In this document: in pieces, positions 33,669 to 44,686 of the stretch
Layout of the letters: each line of letters opens with the position of its first letter
Position numbering within the stretch: position 1 is the stretch's first letter
Origin: Obrimoposthia wandeli
Taxonomy: Eukaryota
Reading direction: 5' to 3'
Assembly: GCA_977020255.1 (NCBI GenBank)
Contig: CDROCS010000506.1
Location: forward strand, 2,294,001-2,358,000
DNA: 64,000 bases
Made by a program: the position numbers and the translations under genes
Notes under the pieces: generated by a model
Told to the model about the DNA's origin: nothing
Database searches by the model: none
What the model saw: the letters and a program-made list of their open reading frames with translations, nothing else

Positions 33669-35705
33669 ATGCGATTTTATCTTTTACTCTGCTTATTATT
33701 GTCTTCTTACGCTTGTGCACAGCAAAGTGCGAGTGCCTTTGATCCTGCAGCGAAAGTGGCTACTGCGCAGATTTTATCAACGGCGAACGGCGTTAATGGC
33801 GCGAAGGTACTGTCAATGGGCTTAAAAATCACCTTAGAGGATGATTGGAAAACTTATTGGAGTTCTGCAGGATTAGCTGGTGCGCCGCCAAGTATTGACT
33901 GGCAAGGATCTGATAATTTAGCCAATGTTGAATGGTTATGGCCTATTCCAACGCGCATGATGGTATATGACGTTGAGACCTATGGTTACAAACATGAAGT
34001 TATTTATCCACTGCAAATAACGGTTACAGATCCAAGTAAAGCGTTAGCGCTAAAAGCTAAAACGACAATGTTAGTATGCCGAGAAGTGTGTATACGCGCG
34101 CAGGTCAATCTTGCGTTGGATTTACCTGCTACAGATACCAGTATAGATAAAGCATCAAGCGCGCAGCTACAAGCTTATGTCGCCAATGTGCCTGTTGATA
34201 TCAGTGCAACATCGGCATCATTACAGCAACTCGGTTGGGATAGTGCGTCATCACAATTGATTATTGAAGTGGCTGGGTTAACAGCTCCTGTTGTTGATGG
34301 CTTTGTCGAAGGTGTGGACTTTACCTTGTTTAGTCGACCGAAAATCACTCAACAAGATGGGGTGACGCGCCTCATCATGGCTGTTGAAGATATGGCGGGT
34401 ACCCCGGCAAGACTCGATCCTAATCAAGCACTAAAAGTGACCCTTACCTCTGCGCAAGGTGGTATCAGCTTTACTAATAATATTACCCCGACTGTAATTG
34501 AACAAACCTTACCAAGTTGGATCTACATGTTATTGCTGGCGGTTGCTGGTGGTTTCATTTTAAATTTAATGCCGTGTGTATTACCGGTATTATCGATTAA
34601 ATTATTAGGGGTGGTTGAATCGGTTAGTGAATCGAGTGCGCAACGACGGGTTAACTTTTTATTAAGTGCTGCTGGTATTTTTGTCGCCTTTTGGTTATTA
34701 GGTTTACTGTTTATTGGGCTTAAATATTTTGGTATTGGCTTTGGGTGGGGCGTGCAATTTCAATCGGCGACATTTTTACTAATTATGATCCCTGTGTTGG
34801 TGTTATTTGCCTTAAACCTATTAGATAAATTCGATGTGCAGTTACCACAAAGTTTAATGGATAAGTTATCGGGTTCAAACAAAGGCCATTTCTATCAAGG
34901 TATTTTTGCGGTGTTATTAGCTACCCCGTGCTCCGCGCCTTTTTTAGGCACTGCCGTTGCGTTTGCATTAGCCGGCTCTAGTTGGCAAATAATGGTGATA
35001 TTCAGTGGTCTTGCCTTTGGATTATCATTACCGTATTTGCTGATCGCAATTTGGCCGAATAGCGTTAAGGTCATGCCTAAACCAGGGTTGTGGATGGTCC
35101 GTTTTCGTCAATTTTTAGCCGCATTATTATGTGCGACGTTGGTTTGGTTAATTTGGCTATTACAAGCGCATTTGAGCATGATGTTGTGGACTATTTTTAG
35201 CATCATCATATGTGCCATGGTACTACTCCTGATCATCAAACCCGGGCCTCGAGCCTTGGTAAGTTCATTTGCGGTGTATTTATTGTTAGCGAATACTATT
35301 ATTTGGTCACCAGTATCGCTATCAGGTAGTAGGGTAAGTACAGAGTCTAATTCAGCAATACAATGGCAAGTATTCGAACCGGAAAAAATTGCCGGATATA
35401 TTGATGAGGGTAAAACGGTGTTCATCGATATTACTGCTGATTGGTGTATTACTTGCGTGGTTAATGAGCGCGCGGTATTACAACGTAGTGATATTATTAA
35501 ACACTTAAATGCTGACAACGTGGTGGCGATGAAAGGTGACTGGACTAAACCAGATAAGCAAATTGAAGATTATTTAAAACGTTATGGCCGTTATGCTATT
35601 CCTTTTAATCAGGTGTTTGGTCCGGCATTACCGCAAGGTAAATTGCTGCCAGAATTGTTAACCAAAGATGCCGTGGCGCTAGCGTTAACCCAAGCTGGGC
35701 AATAA
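33669..35705 (+). CDS. Protein-disulfide reductase, DsbD/ScsB-like
   Basis: Signal peptide, N-domain WKTYW...CREVC, TM cysteines MPCVLP and TPCSAP, C-terminal thioredoxin TADWCITC. Confidence 0.9.
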   Translation: MRFYLLLCLLLSSYACAQQSASAFDPAAKVATAQILSTANGVNGAKVLSMGLKITLEDDWKTYWSSAGLAGAPPSIDWQGSDNLANVEWLWPIPTRMMVYDVETYGYKHEVIYPLQITVTDPSKALALKAKTTMLVCREVCIRAQVNLALDLPATDTSIDKASSAQLQAYVANVPVDISATSASLQQLGWDSASSQLIIEVAGLTAPVVDGFVEGVDFTLFSRPKITQQDGVTRLIMAVEDMAGTPARLDPNQALKVTLTSAQGGISFTNNITPTVIEQTLPSWIYMLLLAVAGGFILNLMPCVLPVLSIKLLGVVESVSESSAQRRVNFLLSAAGIFVAFWLLGLLFIGLKYFGIGFGWGVQFQSATFLLIMIPVLVLFALNLLDKFDVQLPQSLMDKLSGSNKGHFYQGIFAVLLATPCSAPFLGTAVAFALAGSSWQIMVIFSGLAFGLSLPYLLIAIWPNSVKVMPKPGLWMVRFRQFLAALLCATLVWLIWLLQAHLSMMLWTIFSIIICAMVLLLIIKPGPRALVSSFAVYLLLANTIIWSPVSLSGSRVSTESNSAIQWQVFEPEKIAGYIDEGKTVFIDITADWCITCVVNERAVLQRSDIIKHLNADNVVAMKGDWTKPDKQIEDYLKRYGRYAIPFNQVFGPALPQGKLLPELLTKDAVALALTQAGQ

Positions 35706-35745
35706 ATAGGAGATTCAGGGGCCTTATTATTACCGCCTAAATCGA

Positions 35746-35794
35746 GCAAGACAAAAACGAATGCAAACTACACGCATCAAACGTTTTGTCTTGC
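35746..35794. repeat. Long imperfect inverted repeat downstream of the dsbD-like gene
   Basis: GCAAGACAAAAACG ... ACGTTTTGTCTTGC with inner ATGC/GCAT pairing. Confidence 0.7.
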
Positions 35795-35919
35795 AGTTCG
35801 ATATTTTTGCTGTTCTAATTGCGCTCTTCTGAATTTATACAAGATTAATTTTATTGTTTGGCGATGGATAAAGCACAGAAAAGTGCAACTAGCTCGTTAA
35901 TTAATAGAATAGATATACG

Positions 35920-36285
35920 ATGAAAACAGTCACTGAAACTTTAGCGCACCCACGTTTAAAACGTGAAATGCGCCTGCAAAATGCAATGATCACTATGTAT
36001 TGTAAACAACACCATGTTTATCAAGGTAAAGTGTGTCGAGAGTGCGATCGTCTACAACAAATGACGGCACGTAAATTGGCATTTTGTGAGAGTGGTACAG
36101 AAAAACCAACCTGCGCAACCTGCACGGCTGTATGTTATACCCCGATAGTCGCGAAGCAAGTAAAGACCATTTATCGTTGGGGTCGCCTGCGTATCTGCTT
36201 ACGACACCCCATTTTAATGGCGCTATACTGCTTTGATAGCCTTATGCCAAGTCAAATGCCAAAACCTAAATTACTAAATCTGTAG
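35920..36285 (+). CDS. YgbA-family (nitrous oxide-stimulated promoter family) Cys-rich protein
   Basis: MITMYCKQHH, CRECDRL, CESGTEKPTCATCTAVCY, LRHPI. Confidence 0.85.
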   Translation: MKTVTETLAHPRLKREMRLQNAMITMYCKQHHVYQGKVCRECDRLQQMTARKLAFCESGTEKPTCATCTAVCYTPIVAKQVKTIYRWGRLRICLRHPILMALYCFDSLMPSQMPKPKLLNL

Positions 36286-37096
36286 CGGATTGATGCTTAA
36301 ATTGGTAGCTTAATAATGCTTTCAACTTATCGTTGGCAATGATGCAATCTGGTTTACTGTTGTCATCGCTAAAGCGGGGGACTGTGATGCCGAGTTGCTT
36401 AGCACCTTGTTGATAAAATGCTTGCCTGCTAGCATGCTGATCGCAGCAGGCATTGAATATCTGTCCCCAACATTGCTGTTTTATCACGGCCTGAATAACG
36501 CCAATAGCATCGTTTTGATGGATCAAATTGACTGGTGATGCACCCGCATCAAAAATATGCCCGTTAGCGCTTTTTTTAGATAAGCTGCGTGTTGGATTTC
36601 TATCTTCGCTAATCAGTCCCGCAAAGCGAATTATTGTGTAATCAATATCTTGCTGTTGTTGTATCAACTGTTCTGCCGCGAACACGGTACTGTTAGGGTT
36701 TAATGGTGCCGTTTCTGCTAGCGCATTATTGGTTTTTTGATAAATACTGGTAGAACTGACAAAAATAAATTTACCCACGTTATATTGCTTCAACATTATC
36801 AGTAATTGCTTTATTTGCACTGCCAAAGGTGTATCTGCATGATTACCACGGCTGGCAGGAAGCAGGCAGATGGCAATATCTTTATTGGCTAATAAGCCCT
36901 GCCAATCACCTTGTGGCTCACTGGTTAGTGTTGCACTAACCGCAGGGATTTCTTGAGTTACTAAGCTGGCTGCTTTGTCGGCATGACTGCAACTGACTGT
37001 TAATGGGTAGTCTTGTGCGCGTAATGCCAGCGCCAGCGGTTTACCTAACCAGCCAGCGCCTATGATGGCAATGCAGGGTAATTTATTTGTGCTCAT
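36266..37096 (-). CDS. NAD(P)-binding SDR/epimerase-like protein (YeeZ-like)
   Basis: IIGAGWLG Rossmann motif, FVSSTSIY, IIRFAGL, VNLIHQND. Confidence 0.85.
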   Translation of the reverse strand: MSTNKLPCIAIIGAGWLGKPLALALRAQDYPLTVSCSHADKAASLVTQEIPAVSATLTSEPQGDWQGLLANKDIAICLLPASRGNHADTPLAVQIKQLLIMLKQYNVGKFIFVSSTSIYQKTNNALAETAPLNPNSTVFAAEQLIQQQQDIDYTIIRFAGLISEDRNPTRSLSKKSANGHIFDAGASPVNLIHQNDAIGVIQAVIKQQCWGQIFNACCDQHASRQAFYQQGAKQLGITVPRFSDDNSKPDCIIANDKLKALLSYQFKHQSATDLVI

Positions 37097-37192
37097 ATCA
37101 ATCGCCTGTATATCAAGTTAGATACAAGCGTAACGATTTTTTGTTACAATAGCGATTGATAACCTGTCGTCACCTAAACTAAAGAGAAAACC

Positions 37193-37663
37193 ATGAGTAG
37201 ATTTATAGATAGCTGGGCTATCGTGCATATTGATGATTCTTACAATGCATCAGTATTGGGTAGCAGGGGCACTAAGCTGCACTGGTGTAGTGGCCGTAAA
37301 GAAGCTATCGAGTTTATTTATGGCGAGTACTTGGCTATTTTAGCTGATACTGGTGAGATGGATGGTGAGTTAGTGTTTGCCGCGAAGCAACGCTTTAAAG
37401 TATTACAAGCACAAACAAATTCAGATGAAGAATGGATTGAACACGTTAACGAGCTAACCATCGATTTACGCCATATTGTTTGGTTTGGTAGCATTGCTGA
37501 TATGGCTGAACTGAATAATGACTTCGCTTGTGCAGTACGTGAAGTGTATTGGGAAGAGTTTGGTGAATATGACGAAGATGACCCAACGGCTTATGTACCA
37601 GAAGATGAGTGGCTGAATTTATCAGAAGCTTTGGTTGAATATTTAGGCCGTGCAATCGTATAA
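37193..37663 (+). CDS. Hypothetical acidic protein
   Basis: 156-aa ORF with GAGA RBS-like element, no overlap with neighbours; no family recognised. Confidence 0.75.
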   Translation: MSRFIDSWAIVHIDDSYNASVLGSRGTKLHWCSGRKEAIEFIYGEYLAILADTGEMDGELVFAAKQRFKVLQAQTNSDEEWIEHVNELTIDLRHIVWFGSIADMAELNNDFACAVREVYWEEFGEYDEDDPTAYVPEDEWLNLSEALVEYLGRAIV

Positions 37664-38009
37664 AGAATAGTAGACGCTGTGTGTTATAAAAATAGTGACG
37701 CACAGTGATACTTCTAATCCATCCTATTTATGTTCGCCTCGATCAATATTTATATTATTTATTTTTATTCTCCTCAAATAAAGCAATTCAAGTGCTTAAA
37801 AGCCTCTTTTATCTCATTACCCCTTTCTGATGTTATCGCTTACTAGCGTATATGATATTTGCATCTATTATTTGATCTAATATGCTGGATTGTCGTTGAA
37901 TTGCGATATATAAAATCAACATTGATGATTAACTAGCGTTATACATCTTATATTAGAGTGTTTTTCATTTAATTATGTTCGGGTGCACTCGTTACAATTA
38001 AGGTCATCT

Positions 38010-40787
38010 ATGCGATTGATAATGTCTATAAAGCAATTTATTATTTTGTGGACCTTAAGTGTAGGTGTGGGGGCTTATGCTAATTCGCTTGCCGATGTCA
38101 CCTCATTTTCAGCGTCCACAGGTCAGCCCCAATCCATCGCATTTTATTACAATAATATTGATTCTGTTCGCGAGTTAATGAGCTACGATCGTGTCGTTGT
38201 TAACTCTAATTTAATTACTGAAAAACAGATAGAAACCTTACACCTTGCAAATACAAGTGTATTTGCTTATATCAGTATCGGTGAATTTTCGGGCGGTCAA
38301 TTACCTACGTCATTACGTGATGCAGCCATGGTTGAAAACACGACTTGGCATAGTCACGCGATGGATCTTACCTACCCGCGTTGGCAATCTTACTTACTTC
38401 AGCAAGCACAAGGTTATTTAGATAAAGGTTTTGATGGTCTCTTTTTAGATACATTAGATAGTTACATGCTATTTGCGCAAGGTGATGAGCAGCAAGTTCA
38501 GCAACATGCATTAATAAGTATTATTCAACGCTTGCAGATAATGAACCCTCAGCCGAGGCTGATCCTGAATCGTGGTTTTACTATTATACCGGAACTTAAG
38601 CAACCCATCGAAGCCGTTGCAGTTGAATCATTGTGGCATAGCTATCACCCAGTCAATGATAGCTACTTGAATGTGAAAAAGGCGGATACCGCATGGCTAC
38701 AAGGGAAGTTGGAAACCGTTAAATCTCTGGGTATTGAAGCCATCGTTATTGATTATTTACCGACAGCCTCACGACCTGCGCAAATTAAACTGGCGAAGCG
38801 ATTGATTGCTGCGGGTTATACGCCTTACGTCAGTGATGGTTTGTTGTATGAGTTTGGAGTCAGTACGATAAAGCTTATTCCTAAGCGGATATTTGGTTTA
38901 TATAATGGCGCGAATGAACGTAAAATCGATTCATATTGTCATCGCTTAATATCAATGCCCATTGAGTATCAAGGTTACGTGCTTGACTGTAACGATATCA
39001 GTTCTTTGGATTTTAGCCGCATTGATACCAGTAAATACGCTGGTGCTATCATTTGGTTGGATCAAGCTGCTTATAATCAATATCCACAACTATCACAATG
39101 GTTAGCGCAGGTGTTAAACCGTTGGCCTATTTTATTTATCAGTTCATTACCAACAGATAAAAAACTGTTGGCAAAATTAGGTGTGCAGTTAAACGGTCAG
39201 CTTGAGGGGAAAGTAAAAATAACCAAAGGTAGTGAATGGTTTGAAAATAGCTACCCATTATCACTTAGTGAATTTGATGTACATCCTCGTTGGCAAGTTG
39301 CAACGCAAGGGTTGAAGGAACATGTCACTATCGCTGATACACATCATAATACTTCGACACTATTTTTTAGTGCTGATTGGGGTGGGGCGATTATGTCACC
39401 CTTACCGGTATTTAATTTAGCCAATAATAAAGAAAAATGGCTTATTGACCCTTTCAAAATATTTGAATTAACATTGGCGTTGCCGGTCATTCCCGCACCA
39501 GATGTGACGACGGAATCTGGCCGCCGTATTTTAACTAGCCACGTTGATGGCGATGGCTTTTTATCTAAAGGTTGGTTTCCGGGTAAGCCTTATACAGCCG
39601 AAGTCTTACATGATAATGTTTTTAAGGTTTATTCTTTTCCACAAACTGTGTCAGTCATTGAAGGCGAGGTTGGCAGTCGCGGTGTCAATCCGCAACAAAG
39701 TTCAAAACTAGAAGCCATCGCCCGTGATATTTTTAAGTTACCTCACATCGAAATTGCATCACATACTTTCAGTCATCCATTTTTTTGGGGGCAGAATAAG
39801 CACGCTGATAATGAGCAATACGGTGAACATCTACCGATACCAAATTACACGCTAGATTATGAGCAAGAAATACTGGGTTCCATTCGTTACATAAAAGAGA
39901 CGTTAGCACCGAAAGATAAAGCCGTGAACGTTATCTTATGGTCAGGGAAAGCAGATCCTGATGAAGCCACACTCGCCATGGCCGATGATGCAGGATTACT
40001 TAACTTGAACGGAGGTAATACTTTTACTGTTATTGGCAATCATGATTGGAGCAATGTATCACCGACAATCGCTTGGTATCCTTCTGCTGTTCAAGTATAT
40101 GCGCCGGTATTAAATGAGAATTTGTACACTAATCTGTGGCGAGAGAATCATGATGGTTATAAAAGAACGATTGAAACATTCGAACTGTTAGGTCAGCCAC
40201 GTCGTTTAAAAACCATTAGTATTTATTATCATATGTATTCAGGTGCTTATCCTGTATCGCTAAATAGTTTAATTAAAGTTTATGATTGGGCATTAGCTGA
40301 AAAAGTGACACCGTTATATATAAGTGAGTATTCAGCTAGAGCTAAGCACTTGTATGAAACCAGTTTAGCGAAAACCTTAGACGGTAATTGGCTTGTTAAT
40401 TCCACCGGGGTACGCAGTATTAGGTTAGCCAGAGAATTAGGTTTTCCGATTATGAATCAGAGTAATATAGCAGGTTGGGAACGTGGCCCTGATGGTAAGT
40501 ATGTGACCTTAATTGCGCCGAGAACACAATTAACCTTGTCGGTAAAAAATCACAAACAAGTACGTTTATCGAGTGCTAACGGAGTTCTCACAAAGTGGGT
40601 TGTCGATAACGACAGTATTAACTGGGCGTTTTATAGCTATGTGCCTTTGCAGTTAGAAATTGCGAATGCGGCAGGTTGCAGTATTAATACAGGGGGGACG
40701 CTCACGTTCGCTAGAAAAGCGGACCAGACATTATTATTAACCTCATCACAAGCGGGCGCTTTTTCAGGTTCCTTACATTGTAATTAA
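38010..40787 (+). CDS. pelA: PelA: bifunctional Pel glycoside hydrolase (GH166-type) and deacetylase
   Basis: Hydrolase motifs AYISIGE, FDGLFLDTLDSY, ILNRGF, AVESL; deacetylase motifs SHVDGDG, IASHTFSHPF, YYHMYS; probable ATG 38010 after TAAGGT (ORF track GTG 37983). Confidence 0.92.
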   Translation: MRLIMSIKQFIILWTLSVGVGAYANSLADVTSFSASTGQPQSIAFYYNNIDSVRELMSYDRVVVNSNLITEKQIETLHLANTSVFAYISIGEFSGGQLPTSLRDAAMVENTTWHSHAMDLTYPRWQSYLLQQAQGYLDKGFDGLFLDTLDSYMLFAQGDEQQVQQHALISIIQRLQIMNPQPRLILNRGFTIIPELKQPIEAVAVESLWHSYHPVNDSYLNVKKADTAWLQGKLETVKSLGIEAIVIDYLPTASRPAQIKLAKRLIAAGYTPYVSDGLLYEFGVSTIKLIPKRIFGLYNGANERKIDSYCHRLISMPIEYQGYVLDCNDISSLDFSRIDTSKYAGAIIWLDQAAYNQYPQLSQWLAQVLNRWPILFISSLPTDKKLLAKLGVQLNGQLEGKVKITKGSEWFENSYPLSLSEFDVHPRWQVATQGLKEHVTIADTHHNTSTLFFSADWGGAIMSPLPVFNLANNKEKWLIDPFKIFELTLALPVIPAPDVTTESGRRILTSHVDGDGFLSKGWFPGKPYTAEVLHDNVFKVYSFPQTVSVIEGEVGSRGVNPQQSSKLEAIARDIFKLPHIEIASHTFSHPFFWGQNKHADNEQYGEHLPIPNYTLDYEQEILGSIRYIKETLAPKDKAVNVILWSGKADPDEATLAMADDAGLLNLNGGNTFTVIGNHDWSNVSPTIAWYPSAVQVYAPVLNENLYTNLWRENHDGYKRTIETFELLGQPRRLKTISIYYHMYSGAYPVSLNSLIKVYDWALAEKVTPLYISEYSARAKHLYETSLAKTLDGNWLVNSTGVRSIRLARELGFPIMNQSNIAGWERGPDGKYVTLIAPRTQLTLSVKNHKQVRLSSANGVLTKWVVDNDSINWAFYSYVPLQLEIANAAGCSINTGGTLTFARKADQTLLLTSSQAGAFSGSLHCN

Positions 40788-40836
40788 ATCAAGGACGTTA
40801 GCACGATAGAAAGGATGTTAAGTAGATAGGCCAATT

Positions 40837-43800
40837 ATGAATAACCGCCGTTCGAGTGAAGTAACGAACAACAAAAAATCGCGAGTTAAGGTGCTAACGC
40901 TAGTGCCGCTCGCTGTACTTTTGATGTCTGCATTATCTACGCTGTGGTTAATAACACCAACGAAAGAAGTACTGCTTACATTAATTTCTCGCTCAACTTC
41001 GCCGAAGATATCGTTATCATTTTTAAATGTGTTATTAGTTCGAGACCCTAACAATCGTCATATTAAACTGCTCATAGCAAAAAACATCTATCAAACGGGT
41101 GATATCCGTCGTGTCATTGAATTTGTAGAACCTTTGCTTAACGATGCCAACAATAATCAAGATTGGCGAGCTTACTCCTTATATTTAGAAGCCGTGGTCG
41201 AAGGGGGTTATGCGAGAGATGCTAGTTTAAATAGCTATTCAAATCAAAAATTAGACTTATTGTTTAAGAATATCAAACATATTCCGGATGCCAAAGTCGC
41301 GCGTCGATTTGCAGATGTAGCCTTGTCGCTTAACATGCCTGCTCAAGCGTTGAATATATTAAGGCCTCATATAGCAAGTCTTGAGACAAGTTATGAAGAA
41401 CTTATCTCTTTGGCGTTGCAAGTATCCGATTACGACACTGCTTTGACGTTGTTATCTGCTAGTTCAGGGTTATCTTATGATGATACAGGTGTGATAAGAG
41501 GTGCGCATGTTAATACTCAATACAATAAAGGCATAGCTGATAAATTAGCTCGTATACATCAAATATATCGTTGGCAGGGGAGCACGACCAAGGCTCTTGA
41601 AATTAGTTTGTTGCTTGCGGCGCATGAGCCAACGGAGCAAGTATTGCGGGATGGGCTTTCTGAAGCGAAAGCGTTAGGCGATATTTACCATGAGGGGCTT
41701 TTTTATAACCAATTAGCGGTCCGTTCTCAGTTAACTACCGCTGAATATGCACCTTGGTTAAATGCCCTCGAAAAATCTCAAGGAACAGAAGCTGCGCTAA
41801 CTACGTTGGATAAGCTACGTCAAGAAAACCCTGGTAATCGCCAGTTTATTATTGAGTTAGCGCGGCTATACAGTTATTCCAGTACTCACGAACAGGTCAT
41901 CAGTTTACACCCACAGCTTAAAGTTAATGGTCCCTTAATCGCCTCAGAAACACGAAGGTTTGCCAATGCTTACATCATGTTGAATCAACCTGATGATGCT
42001 CTGGCTGTGTTAATTGAACCAACAGATTGGTTAGATGCCGATGACGAATATTTGCAGATGGTGGCTGTATTAGCGTGGGATTTAAGCAATAAAGAAGTGG
42101 CGTTAGCCAGCCAACATGCGTTAATTAAACGTTCAGATAAGCACATAGACGTGTACCGCTATGTTCGGTTACATAGGCCTTTTAGCGAATATGATGTGCC
42201 TGAATTAGTGGCCTTATATCGTCGAACAAAAAATAAGACGTTACTGCTGGAAGCGATGAACGTGGTTGCTAACGGAGTGACTAAAAAGTTAACTTCGCCG
42301 CATGAAGTGGTTAGCAATGAGTATGGAATGGGAAAATTGCTCGATTTAGCATTACAGAACAAAACCATGAATGAGCGCGCTGATGTATATTATTATCGCG
42401 CCATGTACGCAATACAACAGAGTCGGATGCGTGACGGACACCGATTTTTTAGATTATCATTAAATGCAGAACCGTTATTTATACCGACAATCAATAGCTA
42501 TATTTGGTGGGCGATTGAGATCCAAGATCGCAATACGATGCGCGAACTTTATGATAACTATAGTTTTGTACTAAAAGATCATTCCGCATTAGGGTTAACA
42601 TTTGCAACCCTTAGCCAAGAGTTAGCTAATCATCAACATGCGCGCTATTGGTATCAAGAGTATTTATTGGTGGATGAGAAAACGGATATTACAGCGTTGA
42701 TCCACTATGCTTCACTGTTAACCGATATGAAGTTATACGAGCAAGCGAATCGATTACGTTTTTATATTGCCATCCATCATGCTTCATCGCTTGCTGAATT
42801 GCCTAATCATGCAGTATTCCAACATGCTTTGGTCGGTTTGTCGGCTGGTGATGCTGTGGCTGCCAACTTAGCGACAAAGCAAGTATTAATACAGCCGTCA
42901 GCCAGTTCGGTAGCGCAATTTTTTGAATATCAATTGATGACAGGCAATACTGATGCCACACGGTTTTGGTATCAACGGACATCATTATCACATTACGCGC
43001 TACCTAAAAGTCAGTTACTGGCGATAGAAAAGCATAATCAGGTACCTGCACAAGCTGAAGACATAACCACGAGGAGAGATTCTGCATGGATACCAGCATT
43101 ACAATATGCAGATAATGCGAATCAAATACCCTCTCAAATTTCGAGTTGGCAGGTTGAAGGTGGGTTTTATCCACAATTCACAAATTACCGATCGGCATTA
43201 CGCAGTCAATATATAGCCAATACAGCATGGGATATTAATACCGTTCGCTTAGATTATTATCAGCTTGCTAAATTTGGCAACTGGCAACTCAGTAATTATT
43301 ATCAGACCGCGGATAGCACGGGTGTCTTTGCTAGCGATAACATCGAAGATGAATTTCGATTAAGAGGATTAGCGCATTATTGGTTTAATCGAAGTGATTG
43401 GCAGTTTATGTTTGATTTTTCTGAGGGTGTTGGGGAACAGCGACTTGGTCTGAATGTTAATTACAGTACGCAGTTTAATCGACGTTGGCGGTTCGAGCTG
43501 GGAGCAGGGATAAATAATGATATTAGGGCGAGTCAAGCGCTGGCCCTTGCTGGTAGTGACAACGTGGTAAATGCGGGGGCCTTATACCAACCGAGTTACC
43601 GGACTAATGTTGAGTTTAAAGCCAAGTTTCATCAGTTATCGACCCGCTTTGATGACGAGATTGGAGATGGTTGGAGTGGTTCTCTACGTGTCACTGAACA
43701 GTTATTTTTTAATTCACCTGCTTGGCAGATATATGCGGATTATAGTATGCATGAGGTCAATTTAAGTTCTACGCCATTATTAGGTATTAACGACTGGCAC

Positions 43801-44124
43801 CAAGGTCTGACGCCGCTAACCAGCAGTGACTTTATTAGTCCACGTTATCAACGACTCGCACTTGGACAACGATTTTATCGGGGGGCGGTCGGTATATCCG
43901 ATTCGATTAAACAGTTTAATTATTTATCTCAACCTCGTTATTGGTTCGATAGCGCTGTTGGCTATGACCTTGTTACTTCACAGCCTGTGTTATTACTGGG
44001 TTTGGGACTAGGCTGGCCAATCTTTGGTCATGATGAATTGTATTTTAATGTCGATTGGCAAAGCCAAGATCGCAATGGCGAAGAAGCAGAAAAAGTGTCA
44101 ATTGGTTACTTTTATTCTTTTTAA
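40837..44124 (+). CDS. pelB: PelB: TPR-containing outer-membrane export protein
   Basis: N-terminal hydrophobic segment, long helical-repeat region, C-terminal amphipathic beta strands ending GYFYSF; position between pelA and pelC. Confidence 0.85.
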   Translation: MNNRRSSEVTNNKKSRVKVLTLVPLAVLLMSALSTLWLITPTKEVLLTLISRSTSPKISLSFLNVLLVRDPNNRHIKLLIAKNIYQTGDIRRVIEFVEPLLNDANNNQDWRAYSLYLEAVVEGGYARDASLNSYSNQKLDLLFKNIKHIPDAKVARRFADVALSLNMPAQALNILRPHIASLETSYEELISLALQVSDYDTALTLLSASSGLSYDDTGVIRGAHVNTQYNKGIADKLARIHQIYRWQGSTTKALEISLLLAAHEPTEQVLRDGLSEAKALGDIYHEGLFYNQLAVRSQLTTAEYAPWLNALEKSQGTEAALTTLDKLRQENPGNRQFIIELARLYSYSSTHEQVISLHPQLKVNGPLIASETRRFANAYIMLNQPDDALAVLIEPTDWLDADDEYLQMVAVLAWDLSNKEVALASQHALIKRSDKHIDVYRYVRLHRPFSEYDVPELVALYRRTKNKTLLLEAMNVVANGVTKKLTSPHEVVSNEYGMGKLLDLALQNKTMNERADVYYYRAMYAIQQSRMRDGHRFFRLSLNAEPLFIPTINSYIWWAIEIQDRNTMRELYDNYSFVLKDHSALGLTFATLSQELANHQHARYWYQEYLLVDEKTDITALIHYASLLTDMKLYEQANRLRFYIAIHHASSLAELPNHAVFQHALVGLSAGDAVAANLATKQVLIQPSASSVAQFFEYQLMTGNTDATRFWYQRTSLSHYALPKSQLLAIEKHNQVPAQAEDITTRRDSAWIPALQYADNANQIPSQISSWQVEGGFYPQFTNYRSALRSQYIANTAWDINTVRLDYYQLAKFGNWQLSNYYQTADSTGVFASDNIEDEFRLRGLAHYWFNRSDWQFMFDFSEGVGEQRLGLNVNYSTQFNRRWRFELGAGINNDIRASQALALAGSDNVVNAGALYQPSYRTNVEFKAKFHQLSTRFDDEIGDGWSGSLRVTEQLFFNSPAWQIYADYSMHEVNLSSTPLLGINDWHQGLTPLTSSDFISPRYQRLALGQRFYRGAVGISDSIKQFNYLSQPRYWFDSAVGYDLVTSQPVLLLGLGLGWPIFGHDELYFNVDWQSQDRNGEEAEKVSIGYFYSF

Positions 44125-44138
44125 TTAAGGAGATATAA

Positions 44139-44669
44139 ATGAAGTGGTCATTAATCTTAGTAATGCTGTTAACTTTATCGGCATGTTCTAGTCATCGTAT
44201 ACCAGATAGTCCTCCGTTAGCAGCGTCGGCAGCATGGGTTATCATGCCGTTAGAAAATAATTCAAGTACGCCTCTGGCAGCAGAAAAAGCGGAGAGAATA
44301 TTAAGTTCACAATTATATCGAAAAGGTATTAAAGCGGTTGTTTATCCGAAAGCGCCGCTTAATAGCTTAACGGATATTCTCGATCAAACAGTCAAATATA
44401 AACATGCTGAGGCATGGCTTATCACATCTCCAGCAGACTATATTATTAGCGGATCTGTTGAAGAATGGCGTTATAAAAATGGCCTCGATGCAGAACCCGC
44501 TGTTGGCGTTACATTAGAAATTAAAGACGCGAAAACGCATAAAGTAATATGGAGAGCCAGTGCCAGTCGAGTCGGTTGGGGTAGGGAAAGTGTCAGTGGT
44601 GCTGGGATTGAGGTGATCGATACGTTACTCGAGGGGATAAAAATAACTCCGTCTGGGGCGGTGAAATAA
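44139..44669 (+). CDS. pelC: PelC lipoprotein
   Basis: Lipobox LSAC, MPLENNSSTPLAAE, GSVEEWRYKNGLDAEPAVG, GWGRES. Confidence 0.92.
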   Translation: MKWSLILVMLLTLSACSSHRIPDSPPLAASAAWVIMPLENNSSTPLAAEKAERILSSQLYRKGIKAVVYPKAPLNSLTDILDQTVKYKHAEAWLITSPADYIISGSVEEWRYKNGLDAEPAVGVTLEIKDAKTHKVIWRASASRVGWGRESVSGAGIEVIDTLLEGIKITPSGAVK

Positions 44670-44686
44670 CATGATAGTGTTTATTT

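Noticed and set aside
36266-36285. 20-nt convergent overlap of the ygbA-like and yeeZ-like genes
   Set aside because: Short 3' overlaps are common and nothing links the two functions.
36266-37096. Epimerase-like gene near pelA as a possible pelX (UDP-GlcNAc 4-epimerase)
   Set aside because: GAGWLG and overall pattern are YeeZ-like, no clear YxxxK catalytic motif, opposite strand and separated from pelA by another gene.
37664-38009. c-di-GMP riboswitch or FleQ-type boxes upstream of pelA
   Set aside because: No GEMM core (GGCAAA...GAAA...GACGCAAA) and no convincing paired boxes; only an AT-rich region with a short AATCA-N7-TGATT repeat.
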